A stretch of 58,758 nucleotides of DNA. It comes from Solirubrobacterales bacterium (lineage in GTDB: Bacteria > Actinomycetota > Thermoleophilia > Solirubrobacterales > JACPNS01). The notes beneath the pieces were generated by a model. That model saw nothing but the letters and a program-made list of their open reading frames with translations. It made no database searches and was not told the origin of the DNA. Of this stretch, positions 26,456 through 38,177 are shown piece after piece. How positions within the stretch are numbered: the stretch's first letter is position 1; each line of letters starts with the position of its first letter. Both the position numbers and the translations under genes were made by a program. The DNA lies in NCBI GenBank assembly GCA_049608465.1, contig JBMYXO010000003.1, forward strand, positions 1-58,758. Direction: 5' to 3'.

Positions 26456-27417
26456 CAAGATTCCTCCTCCGCGGCCTCGACTTCACTCGCAGTATGTCCG
26501 GTCAGGGCCAGAAAGACTTCGTCGAGGCTTGGCTGGCCGAGCGAGAAACCAGCAATCTCGACGCCGGTGTCGGCAAGCACGCCAACCGCCTCGGCGGCGC
26601 GATCCGGGTTCGGCACGCCAACCGCAACCGCCGCCTGGTCGGCAGCCTCGATCGGCTCGGTTCCAAGCTCCGTCACCAACACGCGTTCGGCCTCGTCGCG
26701 CCGGGAGGCGTCGGACAAGCGAACGTGAAGCACGCTTTTGCCGACAGATGACTTCAGCTCGGCGGGCGTACCTTCGGCGATCGCTTTGCCGCGATCGATC
26801 ACGGCGATGCGATCGGCGAGTTGGTCTGCCTCGTCGAGGTACTGCGTGCAAAGCAGAACCGTGGTTCCCTGGCCGACGAGCGCGCGGACGATGTCCCAGA
26901 CTTGGTTTCGTGATCGTGGGTCGAGGCCGGTGGTCGGCTCGTCGAGAAAAAGCAGTTCTGGAGTCACAACGATGCTGGCGGCGATGTCCAGCCGCCGGCG
27001 CATTCCGCCTGAGAAATGTTTGACGAGTTTGCCCGCCGCGTCGGTGAGGCCGAAGCCTTGCAGCAGTTCGTCGGCGCGGCTGGCGGCGCCTTTCCCACCG
27101 AGCCCGAGCAGTTTGCCGAGCAGCCGCAGATTTTCGCGACCGGTGAGTTCTTCATCGACGGACGCGATCTGGCCGGTCAGGCTGATTCGGCTGCGGATGT
27201 CCGCCGATTGCGACTCGACGTCCATCCCAAGCACCTTCGCGCTGCCGGCGTCCGGCTTCAGAAGCGTGGCGAGCATCCGGATCGTGGTCGTCTTGCCGGC
27301 GCCGTTCGGCCCGAGGACGCCATAAATCGACCCCTGCTCCACGGAGAGGTCAACGCCGTCGACGGCGCGGGTCTCGCCAAAGGTCTTGACGAGATCGTGT
27401 GTCTCAATCGCAAGCAT
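26455..27417 (-). CDS. ABC transporter ATP-binding protein (DrrA-like)
   Basis: Walker [10 protein letters not shown], signature FSGGMRRRL and Walker [13 protein letters not shown]. Confidence 0.92.
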   Translation of the reverse strand: MLAIETHDLVKTFGETRAVDGVDLSVEQGSIYGVLGPNGAGKTTTIRMLATLLKPDAGSAKVLGMDVESQSADIRSRISLTGQIASVDEELTGRENLRLLGKLLGLGGKGAASRADELLQGFGLTDAAGKLVKHFSGGMRRRLDIAASIVVTPELLFLDEPTTGLDPRSRNQVWDIVRALVGQGTTVLLCTQYLDEADQLADRIAVIDRGKAIAEGTPAELKSSVGKSVLHVRLSDASRRDEAERVLVTELGTEPIEAADQAAVAVGVPNPDRAAEAVGVLADTGVEIAGFSLGQPSLDEVFLALTGHTASEVEAAEEES

Positions 27418-27432
27418 GCTTAGAGGCCTAAG

Positions 27433-27930
27433 TTAATCGAACGAGCCTGAAGTGTTGAACTCGCGGTCAATTTCGTCCCAGAAACTCTCACTCCCCGCGA
27501 GGATGACGATTACAGCGACCCAGATGATCAGGGCGACCACTGAGATGATCACCCCGCCGATCCCCGTCCAAAATCCAGCGACTGCCAAATCACGCTGCGC
27601 TGTGGTCTTGCCGTTGTCGACGTCGTCCTTGCCCTTGTGGCCGAGGAATGCAGCGATCGTCGAAGCGATCGCGGTGATCGGCGCAGCGAGCCCGGCCGTC
27701 AGGAACAGGAGTCCGATCGATGAGCACGCGACGATGATGCTTGCGACGGCAGCGTCGTTGCTCTGCTTTGGCTGGCCGGGGACTTGGCCGGCCGGCACCG
27801 GTCGCGCACCTGGCGGCGGCGCCTGGCCCACCGGCAGGTAGTACGCCTGCTGGCCAACTGCCGGTGGCGGAACCGGCACTTCCGGCCCGGCGTTTTCGCC
27901 GTGCTGAGGACTGTTGGGTTGCTCGTTCAT
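27433..27930 (-). CDS. Pro-rich N-terminus plus DUF4190-like membrane protein
   Basis: A Pro/Gln/Gly-rich N-terminal half followed by hydrophobic helices. Similar build to 44445-45005. Confidence 0.6.
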   Translation of the reverse strand: MNEQPNSPQHGENAGPEVPVPPPAVGQQAYYLPVGQAPPPGARPVPAGQVPGQPKQSNDAAVASIIVACSSIGLLFLTAGLAAPITAIASTIAAFLGHKGKDDVDNGKTTAQRDLAVAGFWTGIGGVIISVVALIIWVAVIVILAGSESFWDEIDREFNTSGSFD

Positions 27931-27963
27931 CGTTGCCCGAAGACAGCAACCTACCGGCTGCAG

Positions 27964-28962
<999 letters not shown>

Positions 28963-29080
28963 GCGGGCGAGGGTATCGGACCAACGCCGGCCGAACACCG
29001 TGAATGCGTCCACCGAAATGAAGTCTGTGCGGTTTTCCCTAAACTGCGCGCGCTAGAGAAAGTCTTCAAAGGAGCGACCT

Positions 29081-29917
29081 TTGCCAGTCACCTGGACCAA
29101 CGCAGGCGAGCAGTACCACGACATCAAGTACGAACTTCACGAGGGGATCGCGAAGATCACGATCAACCGGCCTGAGGTTCGCAACGCCTTTCGCCCGCAG
29201 ACGCTCTTCGAGCTTTCGGACGCGTTCACCCGCGCACAGAACGACACCGCAGTTGGCGTAATCGTCTTGACCGGCGAAGGTCCCGATGCCTTCTGTTCCG
29301 GCGGTGACCAGCGCATCCGCGGCGATGACGGCTACATCGGCGACGACGCCGTTGCCAAGCAGGGTGTTGGCCGTCTCAACGTGCTTGACCTGCAGATTCA
29401 GATTCGTCGTTGCCCCAAGCCGGTTGTCGCGCAAGTTGCTGGTTACGCGATCGGCGGCGGCCACGTGCTGCACATCGTCTGTGACCTCACGATCGCTGCG
29501 GACAACGCGCGCTTTGGGCAGACCGGCCCGAAGGTTGGCTCTTTCGACGGCGGCTTCGGTGCTGGATACCTCGGCTCGATCGTTGGCCAGAAGAAGGCCA
29601 AGGAGATCTGGTTCCTCTGTCGCCAATACGACGCGCAGGAGGCGCTCGACATGGGCCTCGTGAACACCGTGGTGCCGCTCGACCAGCTTGAAGACGAAAC
29701 CGTCAAGTGGTGCAAGGAGATGCTCGCGATGTCGCCTTTGGCGCTGCGCATGCTCAAGGCTTCGTTCAACGCCGCGACCGATGGCATGGCCGGCGTTCAG
29801 CAGCTCGCTGGCGACGCGACGTTGCTCTTCTACATGAGCGAAGAGGCCCAAGAGGGACGCGACGCCTACGTGCAGAAGCGCGACCCCGACTTCTCCAAGT
29901 TCCCGAAGCGCCCATAG
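29081..29917 (+). CDS. menB: 1,4-dihydroxy-2-naphthoyl-CoA synthase
   Basis: Crotonase fold ([24 protein letters not shown]). TTG start with AAGGAG upstream. Confidence 0.92.
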   Translation: MPVTWTNAGEQYHDIKYELHEGIAKITINRPEVRNAFRPQTLFELSDAFTRAQNDTAVGVIVLTGEGPDAFCSGGDQRIRGDDGYIGDDAVAKQGVGRLNVLDLQIQIRRCPKPVVAQVAGYAIGGGHVLHIVCDLTIAADNARFGQTGPKVGSFDGGFGAGYLGSIVGQKKAKEIWFLCRQYDAQEALDMGLVNTVVPLDQLEDETVKWCKEMLAMSPLALRMLKASFNAATDGMAGVQQLAGDATLLFYMSEEAQEGRDAYVQKRDPDFSKFPKRP

Positions 29918-30802
29918 ATGGGCGCCGCTTCAGTCTGGATCAAGGCCGCTCGGCCGAAGACGCTCCCGGCGGCATTGGCGCCGGTGGCGGTAGGTACCGC
30001 GCTCGCCGCCGGCCCTGCCGGCATCTTCAAACTGCCGATTCTGATCGCGACGATCGTCGGTGCTTTGTTCATCCAGATCGGTACGAACCTCTCCAACGAC
30101 TACTCGGACGCGCGTCGCGGCGCGGACACCGAGGACCGGCTCGGGCCAGTTCGCGTAACCGCGGGTGGGCTTGTGCCGCCTAGATACGTGCTCTACGCAA
30201 CGTGGATCGCGTTCGGGATCGCTGCACTTGCCGGCGTGTACCTGGTCCTCGAAGCCGGATGGGAGTTGATCCTCGTCGGAGCGGCGTCGATAATCGCCGG
30301 CTTGCTCTACACCGGCGGGCCCCGCCCTTACGGGTACGAGGGGCTCGGCGAAGTGTTCGTTTTCCTCTTTTTCGGCATCGTCGCCGTGATGGGGTCTTAC
30401 TTCGTGCAGACCGAACAACTTTCGTGGGAGGCCTTCGCGTTGTCGATCCCAGTCGGCCTGCTCGCCTGCTCACTGCTGATGGTCAACAACATCCGCGACG
30501 TCGACACCGATCGTCGTGCCAACAAGCGAACTCTTGCCGTTCGGCTAGGTCGGGCGAAGATGCGCACGATTTTCAGCGCGACGCTGCTGATCGCGTTTGC
30601 GCTGGTTCCGATCATCTGGTTGATCACCGACCTGCCGGCCTGGATCAACCTCGCACTGCTCGCACTACCGCTGCAGCCGCCGCTCGCCAAGACCGTTCGC
30701 GACCGCACTGACGGCGCGGCCTTGAACAAAGCGCTGGCCGACAGTGCCCGACTGGAACTCGCATTTTGCGTGTTGTTGTCAGTCGGATTGCTGCTTGCGT
30801 AA
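29918..30802 (+). CDS. menA: 1,4-dihydroxy-2-naphthoate polyprenyltransferase
   Basis: UbiA-family membrane protein (NDYSDARRGADT, NNIRDVDTDRRANKRTLAV). Its ATG directly follows the menB stop. Confidence 0.9.
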   Translation: MGAASVWIKAARPKTLPAALAPVAVGTALAAGPAGIFKLPILIATIVGALFIQIGTNLSNDYSDARRGADTEDRLGPVRVTAGGLVPPRYVLYATWIAFGIAALAGVYLVLEAGWELILVGAASIIAGLLYTGGPRPYGYEGLGEVFVFLFFGIVAVMGSYFVQTEQLSWEAFALSIPVGLLACSLLMVNNIRDVDTDRRANKRTLAVRLGRAKMRTIFSATLLIAFALVPIIWLITDLPAWINLALLALPLQPPLAKTVRDRTDGAALNKALADSARLELAFCVLLSVGLLLA

Positions 30803-30824
30803 CCGCGCGTCGTAGTCTTGACGC

Positions 30825-31904
30825 ATGAAGATCGAACGGGTTGAACTGTTCGCGCTGCGGCTACCGCTGAAAACAGCTTTCGTGTCTTCCGAGGGCTCAA
30901 CCACCGAGCGCGATCTCGCGATCCTGCGGATCACCGACGAGAACGGACAAGTCGGCCTAGGAGAGATCACTTCGTATCCCGGCGTTGGCGGAATCCCGCT
31001 AGGCGAGCTGGTCGAGGCGTTTGAACTCCACGCGAGACCGCACCTTCAAGACGCCAACGTCGACGTGGAAGGGCTGACAATCGGCGAGGCACTTCCCGCA
31101 CCCGTGGATGCGGCAATAGACGTCGCCCTGCTCGACCTACGCGCCAAACGCGAAGGAGTTCGCGTGGCGGACCTGATCGGCACTGAAGTTGCCGACGCCG
31201 TTTCGGTGAACGCGACGATCGCGAGCAGCTCGCCGGACGACGTTGCCGAACAGGGCCGCAATGCCAGGGACGCCGGCTTCGACACGATCAAACTGAAGGT
31301 CGGAATGCAGGACGACAAGTGGCGCGTCCAAGCGTTGCGCGATGCCATTGGTTTTCAGACGCGGATCAGACTCGACGCCAACGGCGCTTGGTACACCGCG
31401 GAAGCGATCGACGTGATCGGCGAGCTGACGAGCTTTGGCCTTGAGTTGATCGAGCAGCCGGTTGATGGCGACGACATCCAAGGGATGCACCGCGTGCGCG
31501 ATTCGGCGATCGTGCCGATCGTTGCCGACGAAGGCGTTCGTACTGCCGCCGACCTTGAGCGTCACATCGCCAACGGTGCATGTGATGGTGTGGCGATCAA
31601 GCTGTCGCAGGTCGGAGGCGTCGCGGCAGCCGCACAGCTCGCAGACACCGCCAAGCAGGCGGGATTGCTCGCCTTCGTGACCAGCTCACTGGACGGACCG
31701 ATCGGACTGGCCGCAGGGCTGCAGTTCGCTGCGGCGCGCCCGGACTTCGAACTCGCCAACGGACTTGCGACCGGCGGACTCTTCATCGACCACTATGCGA
31801 TTGAGATGCCGACGGTTTCGGAGGGGAAGATCGCGCTGCCCGACCGGCCAGGCCTTGGCGTTGAGCTCGACGAGGATGCTTTGGCTGAGTGGTCGATCGG
31901 ATGA
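30825..31904 (+). CDS. menC: o-succinylbenzoate synthase (enolase superfamily, MLE subgroup)
   Basis: Mandelate racemase/muconate-lactonizing fold (IKLKVG, RLDANGAW, IEQP). The men gene context supports the call. Confidence 0.8.
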   Translation: MKIERVELFALRLPLKTAFVSSEGSTTERDLAILRITDENGQVGLGEITSYPGVGGIPLGELVEAFELHARPHLQDANVDVEGLTIGEALPAPVDAAIDVALLDLRAKREGVRVADLIGTEVADAVSVNATIASSSPDDVAEQGRNARDAGFDTIKLKVGMQDDKWRVQALRDAIGFQTRIRLDANGAWYTAEAIDVIGELTSFGLELIEQPVDGDDIQGMHRVRDSAIVPIVADEGVRTAADLERHIANGACDGVAIKLSQVGGVAAAAQLADTAKQAGLLAFVTSSLDGPIGLAAGLQFAAARPDFELANGLATGGLFIDHYAIEMPTVSEGKIALPDRPGLGVELDEDALAEWSIG

Positions 31905-31908
31905 TTCG

Positions 31909-32664
31909 CTAGGCGACGTCGGCGAGGAACGCTGCCACGGCCTCGGCGGTGTCCTCCGGCTCGACCATGTGGGCTGCGTGAGAAGCCTCGTCGACCACGA
32001 CGTGCTTCGCACGTGGAATCGATTTCTGGAGTCGCTTCGCGTGCTGCGTGTAGATCGCGTCGCGCCCGCCGGTAATCAGCAGCGTCGGTGCGGTGATCTC
32101 GTGCAGACGATCCCAGGCCGGTTCATATGCAGATTGGCCGATGCCAATCAATGCCGCCGACAAGGCCTTGGGATCGTTTCGCAGCCTGTCCTCGCGCTGC
32201 GCGGCGATCGTCGACTTCGACTGCTCGCCCAACGCAGGAAGCTTCTCCCACATGTCCACGAATTCCTCGATCGAACCGTCTGCGATTCGCGTCGCCAACG
32301 CATAGTCGCCGCTGCGACGGTTGGCGCGCTTGATCGGGTCTTCGATTCCCGGGATGCCGCTTTCTGCGATCAAAGCTTTGACCTTGTCGGGTTTGTGCAG
32401 CGTGTAGTCGAAGGCGATCCGGGCGCCTTGGGAGTAGCCCCAGATCGCAGCTGCGCCGGCGACGCGGTCCACCGCCTCGTCAACGATCTCACGCGCCAGT
32501 TGCACTGTTGGCTCGCCGCGCGTGAGCCCGGTCTGCCCGTGACCGGGAAGCTCGATAGCGTGCACATCCAGCCACTCGGGCAGACATTCGATCGTGGTTT
32601 GCCACGATTGTGGGGTCTGCGCGAAGCCATGCAGAAGGATCAATGGAACTGACGAACGAGACAT
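31909..32664 (-). CDS. menH: Alpha/beta hydrolase, probable SHCHC synthase
   Basis: Contains LILLHGF and a nucleophile elbow GYSQGA. Lies in the men cluster. Start at the ATG at 32664. Confidence 0.7.
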   Translation of the reverse strand: MSRSSVPLILLHGFAQTPQSWQTTIECLPEWLDVHAIELPGHGQTGLTRGEPTVQLAREIVDEAVDRVAGAAAIWGYSQGARIAFDYTLHKPDKVKALIAESGIPGIEDPIKRANRRSGDYALATRIADGSIEEFVDMWEKLPALGEQSKSTIAAQREDRLRNDPKALSAALIGIGQSAYEPAWDRLHEITAPTLLITGGRDAIYTQHAKRLQKSIPRAKHVVVDEASHAAHMVEPEDTAEAVAAFLADVA

Positions 32665-34403
32665 TTGCCCCCCTACGCGTCCTGATCGACGAATTCGCAC
32701 GCGCGGGGATCGAACACGCGGTGGTTGCGCCGGGCTCGCGGAACGCGCCGGTTGCATACGCGCTCGGCGATCAGGACGGGATCAAGTGCTGGAGCGTGCT
32801 CGACGAGCGCTCGGCCGGATTCTTTGCGCTCGGAATCGCCAAATCCACACGCAAGCCCGTGATTCTCACTTGCACCTCGGGTTCGGCTGCGGCGAACTTC
32901 CACCCCGCCATTGTGGAGGCCTCGCACGCCGGGATTCCGTTGATAGTGCTCACTGCAGATCGCCCACCCGAACTGCGCGACGTCGGTGCGGGCCAGGCGA
33001 TCGATCAGATCAACCTCTACGGCTCTGCGGTGCGCTGGTTTGTGGAAGCCGGGAACCATGAGTTCAGCGAGCAGACCCTACGCCACTTCCGCTCGCTCGG
33101 CTGCCGCGCAGTCGATGAGGCGCAGGGCGACGATCCCGGGCCGGTGCACGTCAATCTCCCGCTGCGTGAGCCACTGCGACCAGAGGTCGAAGAACTGGAT
33201 TCGGCCATTTGCGGGACAGAGGCCGCTCAGGGGCGTGCCGACGGCGCGGTGTGGACCCGGTCCGATACAGCAACGCCGCTCGCACCCGACCTCTACTCGG
33301 CGTTGGCAGAGGCCAAACATCCGATCTTCGTGATTGGCGAACAGCATCAGCCGGACCTGGCACTGACAATCGCTCATCTGGCCACCGCAACCGGTGTTCC
33401 GGTGTTTGCTGACTCGCTCTCTCAACTGCGCCGATTTGAGTTGGCCGAACACACGCCGCTGATCAACAGCTACGACCTGATTCTGCGCTCGCAGCCGGTC
33501 ACCGAAAAACTGACTCCGGATTTGATCGTGCGGATTGGCGAAACGCCAACGTCGAAGCCACTGCGTACGTGGTTGGCCGATTTGAGTTGCCGCCAAATCG
33601 TGATCGACCCGCGCGGTCGCTGGGCAGAACCGACCCGCAACGCAAGCGAGATCTGGCACTGCGACCCACTTGCAACGTTGACCGCGGCAGCCGGACGCGT
33701 TGAAGGCCCGACGGCCTCGCCGAGTTGGACAAGCGCCTGGGATGTGATCGAGACCGCCGCACAGACGGCGATCGATCACGCGCTGTCGGCCGAACCATTT
33801 CCCTTCGAGCCTGCCGTTTACCGACATGCACTGGCGTCGCTTGAAGCAGGTGCGACGGTCTTCGTCTCGTCCTCGATGCCGATTCGCGATGTCGAAGCCT
33901 TTGGGCCAGTCTCGCGCGACGACGTCCGTTACCTGTCCAACCGAGGCACCAACGGGATCGATGGCGTGCTCAGCACGGCTTTGGGCGTGCGTGCGCCGTA
34001 CAACTGCGACCGAGTCATCGTCTTCACCGGCGACCTGGCCTTTTTGTACGACTCAGGAGCGTTGGCGATCGCAAAGCGACACGACATCCCAATCACGATC
34101 GTCTGCGTCGACAACGCCGGCGGTGGGATTTTCAGCTTTTTGCCCGTCGCCGAACACGAGGATCACTTCGAGGAGTTGATCGCCACGCCGAGTGGTGTGG
34201 ATGTCGAGGCGTTGGTGAAGGCCTATGGGTTTCCGTACACCGCACCACACGACGGCGACGCACTGGCTGCTGCGGTTGCCCAGCCCGGATTCATTCACCT
34301 CAAGACCGATCGCGCCGCAAACAAAGCAGGCCACGATCGCGTCGCCGCGCACGTTTCAGATTCAGTCGCTGCCGCCCTGGCCGAGACGGGCGCGTTTCGC
34401 TAA
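32643..34403 (+). CDS. menD: SEPHCHC synthase (2-succinyl-5-enolpyruvyl-6-hydroxy-3-cyclohexene-1-carboxylate synthase)
   Basis: ThDP enzyme (PGSRNAP, GDLAFLYDSG...NNAGGGIF). Start at the ATG at 32643 (MELTNETFAP). Confidence 0.9.
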   Translation: MELTNETFAPLRVLIDEFARAGIEHAVVAPGSRNAPVAYALGDQDGIKCWSVLDERSAGFFALGIAKSTRKPVILTCTSGSAAANFHPAIVEASHAGIPLIVLTADRPPELRDVGAGQAIDQINLYGSAVRWFVEAGNHEFSEQTLRHFRSLGCRAVDEAQGDDPGPVHVNLPLREPLRPEVEELDSAICGTEAAQGRADGAVWTRSDTATPLAPDLYSALAEAKHPIFVIGEQHQPDLALTIAHLATATGVPVFADSLSQLRRFELAEHTPLINSYDLILRSQPVTEKLTPDLIVRIGETPTSKPLRTWLADLSCRQIVIDPRGRWAEPTRNASEIWHCDPLATLTAAAGRVEGPTASPSWTSAWDVIETAAQTAIDHALSAEPFPFEPAVYRHALASLEAGATVFVSSSMPIRDVEAFGPVSRDDVRYLSNRGTNGIDGVLSTALGVRAPYNCDRVIVFTGDLAFLYDSGALAIAKRHDIPITIVCVDNAGGGIFSFLPVAEHEDHFEELIATPSGVDVEALVKAYGFPYTAPHDGDALAAAVAQPGFIHLKTDRAANKAGHDRVAAHVSDSVAAALAETGAFR

Positions 34404-35920
34404 CACTCGCGAAGCACAGGCAGAAGTGCCTGTAGCTTCGTCTCGGTTTCGGCAAGCTCGTCCGACGGATCGGAGTCGCCAACGATTCCCGCGCCGACGA
34501 ACAGTCTCGCCCGATTCCCGTTGATCAACGCGCTGCGCAGCGCCACGTGGAACTCACCGTCTTCGAGCAGGTCCATCCAGCCGACGCCGCCGGTGTACCA
34601 GCCGCGATCGAAGCCTTCGAGGGTCTTGATCACTTTTGAAACTTCGGGCCACGGTTCGCCGCCAACTGCCGGCGTGGGATGGAGCAAGCCAGCCAACTCG
34701 ATCGCCGGACGCGGTTCTGTGAGCTGGGCGCGGATCGGCGTGGCGAGATGCTGAATGTTCTTGACCTTCACGAGCTGAGGTTTCTCGCCTGCTGCGATCC
34801 ACGCAGAAATCCGACCGAGAGTCCTTTCGATTTGCCTGACCACGATCGCGTGTTCGCGGTTGTCCTTGTCGCTGGTCAGGAGCTGTTCGCCGAGGCGGCG
34901 GTCGGTCGCTTCGTCTTCGCCACGCCGCATCGACCCTGCAAGCGCCATCGTTGAGGCACGACGGCCTTCGCGCCGGATCAACAGCTCCGGAGATGCGCCG
35001 ATGAACGCACGGTCACCTATGCCGACGGCGAATGTCGTGCACTCGGGAAACCGCGCGCGCAGCCCACGCACCGCGTTGACGATGTCGATCGGGTGATCGC
35101 GCCGGAGCGTGACTTCTCTTGCCAGCACGATTTTCTCGATCTCGCCGGAACTGATCAGCTCGGTGGCGCGGGCGACGGCGTTCTCATAGTGCTCGGGAGC
35201 GGCCGATGAAGCCGCAGTCCCTTGATCCGGCTGGTGTGCAGGTCGCGACTCATTGCGAAACTCGGCGAGATCGGCGTCGAGCGCCAGTCGCTCGATCAAT
35301 GACTCTGTGGAACTGATCAGCGCGGACGTCTCGTCATCGGGTTGCACGTGAATCGCAATCGTCAGACGCGCGACTGGATCTTCTCCTCCCGATCTGGCGA
35401 TTGCGACGCGCGGAAGCACGAACTGCGCCGAACGCGTCTCGTGCCAGGCATCCCCCCACGGGTCGTCGTCGTTGAATGCGAATCCGCCGCACCAGATCAC
35501 GCCACTACCGGGCGGCGCGATCGGGTCGCTGAACAAGTCATCGGCCTCGGCGGCATCGAGTAGTTCGCCGCAGTCGCGGGCCAGCGCGGCGAAACGTCCC
35601 GGTCCGTTGGCCTCGACCACGGCGGCGGCGCCAAGCGTGGCGATCGAAAGGTCGCTTCTGGCGGGCTGGATGAACGTCGACCAGGGTTCGTCGTTTCCGC
35701 GCGCGGCAGAAATGTGCTCGAGGGGATCGATGCCTGCACGGACCGGCACAGTGATCGCGGCGACCACCCCGTTGCCGCGGTGGCGGGCCTTCGTCAGTGC
35801 TGCGTCGACGTTTCTGGCCAAGCGTGCGTAGGCCTCTGTGCCGAACCCCAGCTCTGTCGGAACGGTTGGAGAAGACGCGCGCGAGCCGCTGGCCCGGCGC
35901 GTTCGTCTCCATCCAATCAT
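34400..35920 (-). CDS. menF: Isochorismate synthase
   Basis: Chorismate-binding C-terminal domain (LHPTPAVGG, GWYTGGVGW). Start set at the ATG at 35920, 17 nt after the ilvN stop. Confidence 0.85.
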   Translation of the reverse strand: MIGWRRTRRASGSRASSPTVPTELGFGTEAYARLARNVDAALTKARHRGNGVVAAITVPVRAGIDPLEHISAARGNDEPWSTFIQPARSDLSIATLGAAAVVEANGPGRFAALARDCGELLDAAEADDLFSDPIAPPGSGVIWCGGFAFNDDDPWGDAWHETRSAQFVLPRVAIARSGGEDPVARLTIAIHVQPDDETSALISSTESLIERLALDADLAEFRNESRPAHQPDQGTAASSAAPEHYENAVARATELISSGEIEKIVLAREVTLRRDHPIDIVNAVRGLRARFPECTTFAVGIGDRAFIGASPELLIRREGRRASTMALAGSMRRGEDEATDRRLGEQLLTSDKDNREHAIVVRQIERTLGRISAWIAAGEKPQLVKVKNIQHLATPIRAQLTEPRPAIELAGLLHPTPAVGGEPWPEVSKVIKTLEGFDRGWYTGGVGWMDLLEDGEFHVALRSALINGNRARLFVGAGIVGDSDPSDELAETETKLQALLPVLREC

Positions 35921-35939
35921 CTGGTGCCCTTTCGGCGAC

Positions 35940-36497
35940 CTAGGTTTCGCTGCGTCCGCGCTGCACAGCGATCTCACCGGTGCGGACCATTTCGATCAGA
36001 CCGAAGGGCTTGAGCAGCTCTTCGAAGGCCTCGATCTTCTCTTCGCTGCCGGTCAGTTCGACCGTCACGGAGCGACGGGCAACATCGACGATACGACCAC
36101 CGAAAATCTCCGCGAGTTGCGACACCTCTTGGCGGGTGTGCGCGTCGGCGTCAACCTTCAGCAACGCGAGCTCGCGCGCGACGGTGTCCTCCGGCTCGAG
36201 ATCCCTGATCTTCAGGACGTGGATCAGCTTGTGCAGTTGCTTGGTGACCTGGTCGATCGGGTGCTCCGCGCCATCGATCGTCATTGTGATGCGCGAAATG
36301 TTTTCGTCGTCGGTCGGGCCGACGGCGAGCGTGTTGATGTTGTAGCCGCGTCGGGCGAAGAGGCCGCTGATGCGCGCGAGCACACCGGGTTCGTTCTCCA
36401 CAAGAATCGAGAGGACGTGCTTGCGGCCCATTTTGCGCGTGCCTGTCACCTGGAGGTCTTCGAGGCGAAACACTTCTTTGGTTCCTGGATCACCCAT
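35940..36497 (-). CDS. ilvN: Acetolactate synthase small (regulatory) subunit
   Basis: ACT domain HVLSILVENEPGVLARISGLFARRGYNI. The ATG at 36497 lies 3 nt after the ilvB stop. The ATG at 36431 is the alternative start. Confidence 0.9.
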   Translation of the reverse strand: MGDPGTKEVFRLEDLQVTGTRKMGRKHVLSILVENEPGVLARISGLFARRGYNINTLAVGPTDDENISRITMTIDGAEHPIDQVTKQLHKLIHVLKIRDLEPEDTVARELALLKVDADAHTRQEVSQLAEIFGGRIVDVARRSVTVELTGSEEKIEAFEELLKPFGLIEMVRTGEIAVQRGRSET

Positions 36498-36500
36498 CGC

Positions 36501-38177
36501 TCAGCCCACCATGTCCCTTGCGGCCTGTCCGGCCGGAATCATCGGATACGTGTTCTCTTCTTTGGTCACGCGGACGTCCACCAAGACCGGGCCCTCGTGC
36601 TCGATCGCCTCCTTGAACGACCCGACCAGCTTGGTCTTGTCGGTGACCTGCATTCCCTTCATGCCGTAGGCGTCGGCCAGCTTCACCCAGTCGGGGTGAT
36701 TGCCGGTGTCGACGTGGCTGTAGCGGCCATCCCAGAACAGTTCCTGCCACTGACGGACCATGCCGAGGTAGCCGTTGTTCATCAGGAAGATCTTCACGGG
36801 AATGTCGTTGTCGGCGAGCGTGGCCAACTCCTGGATGTTCATCTGCAATGAGCCATCGCCGGAGATGCAGACCACGAGGTCGTCCGGTCGACCGACCTGC
36901 GCGCCCATTGCGGCAGGCAGGCCGAAGCCCATCGTGCCGGCGCCACCGGAGTTGATCCAGCGGCGAGGTTCGGGGAAGTCGTAGTACTGCGCGGTCCACA
37001 TCTGGTGCTGACCGACGTCGCTGCAGACGATCGCCTCGCCTGCGGTGGCCTCAAGCATCGCCTGAACCATGTACTGCGGCTTAATCTCGGTGTCGGCGGA
37101 ATCCTCGAAGGTGAGTGGATATTTCTCGCGCCAGTGCGCGATGCGATCCCACCATTCGTTCATGCGCGACGTGTCGGCCTTCAGGCTTTTGTACTCCTCG
37201 GCCAGTTTCGGCAGAATTTCGTTGGCGTCGCCGACGATCGGAATGTGCGCGGGCACGTTCTTGCTGATCTCGGCCGGGTCGACGTCGATGTGGATGAATT
37301 TGGCGTTTGGCGCAAACTCGCTCAACTTGCCGGTGATGCGGTCGTCGAATCGTGCGCCGATCGCAACGATCAGATCTGCCTCGTCCATCGCGTAGTTGGC
37401 GGCACGGGTGCCGTGCATTCCGAGCATTCCCAGCCACTGTTCGTGTGGTGCCGGGAATGCGCCCAAGCCATTCAGCGTGCAGGTGACGGGAAACTTGTCG
37501 CTGGTCGCAAGATCGCGAAGTGGCTCTGCGGCGTTGCCGTTCACGACGCCGCCGCCGACGTAGAGGATCGGGCGCTTTGCGTTGGCCATCGCCTTCGCCG
37601 CGAGCCGGATCTGCTTGGCGTTTCCACTCCTGGTGGGCTGGTAGCCGGGCATGCTGACGCTGTCGATCGGTTCGTACTCGATGTCGGCTCGCGAGAGGTC
37701 CTGCGGGATGTCGACGAGCACCGGGCCAGGGCGACCGGTTCGGGCAACGTGAAATGCCTCATGGATCGCGGTTGGGATGTCGCGAGGGTCGCGGATCATG
37801 ATCGAGTGCTTGACGATCGGCATGGTGATGCCTGTGATGTCGGCCTCCTGGAAGCCGTCGGTGCCGAGCAGGTCGGTGCGGACCTGGCCGGTGATGAAGA
37901 CCGTTGGAACCGAATCCATCATCGCGTCGGCGATCGGCGTGACGAGGTTTGTGGCGCCGGGGCCGCTGGTGGCGAGCGCCACTCCGACCTTGCCGGTGGC
38001 CTTGGCGTATCCCTCCGCCGCGTGGCCGCCTCCTGCCTCGTGTCGAACAAGAATGTGTTTGATGCCGGCGTCGTAGATCGCGTCGTACGTCGGCAGGTTC
38101 GCCCCTCCGGGATAGCCGAACATGACGTCGACGCCCTCGTGCTTGAGCGCTGCCATTAGTGCCTCAACTGCTCGCAT
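36501..38177 (-). CDS. ilvB: Acetolactate synthase large (catalytic) subunit
   Basis: ThDP motif GDGSLQMNIQELAT..NNGYLGMVRQWQ. 558 aa. GGAGGG RBS. Confidence 0.95.
   Translation of the reverse strand: MRAVEALMAALKHEGVDVMFGYPGGANLPTYDAIYDAGIKHILVRHEAGGGHAAEGYAKATGKVGVALATSGPGATNLVTPIADAMMDSVPTVFITGQVRTDLLGTDGFQEADITGITMPIVKHSIMIRDPRDIPTAIHEAFHVARTGRPGPVLVDIPQDLSRADIEYEPIDSVSMPGYQPTRSGNAKQIRLAAKAMANAKRPILYVGGGVVNGNAAEPLRDLATSDKFPVTCTLNGLGAFPAPHEQWLGMLGMHGTRAANYAMDEADLIVAIGARFDDRITGKLSEFAPNAKFIHIDVDPAEISKNVPAHIPIVGDANEILPKLAEEYKSLKADTSRMNEWWDRIAHWREKYPLTFEDSADTEIKPQYMVQAMLEATAGEAIVCSDVGQHQMWTAQYYDFPEPRRWINSGGAGTMGFGLPAAMGAQVGRPDDLVVCISGDGSLQMNIQELATLADNDIPVKIFLMNNGYLGMVRQWQELFWDGRYSHVDTGNHPDWVKLADAYGMKGMQVTDKTKLVGSFKEAIEHEGPVLVDVRVTKEENTYPMIPAGQAARDMVG

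Noticed and set aside
27433-27930. Two Pro-rich DUF4190-like membrane proteins (27433-27930 and 44445-45005), each directly behind a housekeeping gene, as a possible system
   Set aside because: They share only composition and general architecture, and their neighbours are unrelated (ilvC with an ABC exporter, pcrA with folD). This family is abundant and scattered in actinobacterial genomes.
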